Part shown: positions 63,956-64,000 of the stretch, one piece after another
Layout of the letters: the number at the start of each line of letters is the position of its first letter
How positions within the stretch are numbered: the stretch's first letter is position 1
Source: a virus
Taxonomy: Duplodnaviria > Heunggongvirae > Uroviricota > Caudoviricetes
Strand: one strand, 5' to 3'
Virus record (IMG/VR): IMGVR_UViG_3300049215_000070
Length of the DNA stretch: 64,000 bases
The notes under the pieces: model-generated
What the model was told of the DNA's origin: nothing
What the model saw: only the letters and a program-made list of their open reading frames with translations
The model's database searches: none
Program-made: the position numbers and the translations under genes

Positions 63956-64000
63956 ATGTCGTCAGAATCCCAAATCCTGCAGAGCTTCGACGTCGAATCC
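63956..64000 (+). CDS. portal protein, 5' fragment of second copy
   Basis: Same start context as 4963. Confidence 0.6.
   Translation, partial: MSSESQILQSFDVES

Larger units (their letters stand above)
58994..64000. repeat. Terminal redundancy copy 2 (genome length ~58,993 bp)
   Basis: Same ORF set as 1..5007. One ORF differs (L->P at 63886) plus two silent or intergenic substitutions. Confidence 0.95.

Overview
This high-GC (~60%) window holds a complete tailed-phage genome of about 58,993 bp, present about 1.085 times. Positions 58994..64000 repeat 1..5007 with only three mismatches, all clustered near 4893–4938. This fits a circularly permuted headful-packaging genome or a concatemer/prophage junction.

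The long plus-strand block from 112 to about 40127 runs in this order:
- small middle genes
- the large terminase (2983..4587)
- the portal (4963..7635)
- a GroES-like co-chaperonin
- a tRNA-Met(CAT) at 9239..9314
- the scaffold
- the HK97-fold major capsid protein (11878..12795), followed by a strong terminator
- tail, fibre and virion proteins, interrupted by three endonuclease-VII-type HNH homing endonuclease genes (12876, 15299, and 21347 on the minus strand) and a GIY-YIG endonuclease remnant (29268)
- a lysis cassette: a 2-TM holin-like protein, a GH108 endolysin and a 3-TM holin
- a run of large Gly/Ala/Gln-rich internal (ejection) virion proteins, ending in an unusual enzymatic cargo block: an SPFH/band-7 protein, an HTH–metallophosphoesterase fusion, and a 1369-aa giant protein carrying a GNAT acetyltransferase motif.

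A minus-strand operon at 40341..45720 encodes MazG, a dATP/dGTP-pyrophosphohydrolase-like protein, an SSB-like protein ending in IPF, small membrane or outer-membrane-like proteins, and small Zn-ribbon proteins. A divergent regulatory region (45721..45977) separates it from a plus-strand replication and nuclease operon. That operon encodes a primase zinc-finger protein without a TOPRIM domain, a DnaB-like helicase, an HNH nuclease, a Ref-like nuclease, a VRR-NUC nuclease, an RNA-ligase-like protein and a PD-(D/E)xK nuclease. It is followed by a TIG–GH5 glycanase (a putative depolymerase) encoded away from the structural genes, a protein built from about 10 perfect hexapeptide repeats (18-bp DNA tandem repeats), and HTH proteins.

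No DNA polymerase, RNA polymerase, integrase or tape-measure protein was recognised, so a podovirus-like architecture is inferred. All functional calls rest on motifs read by eye; no database search was run.
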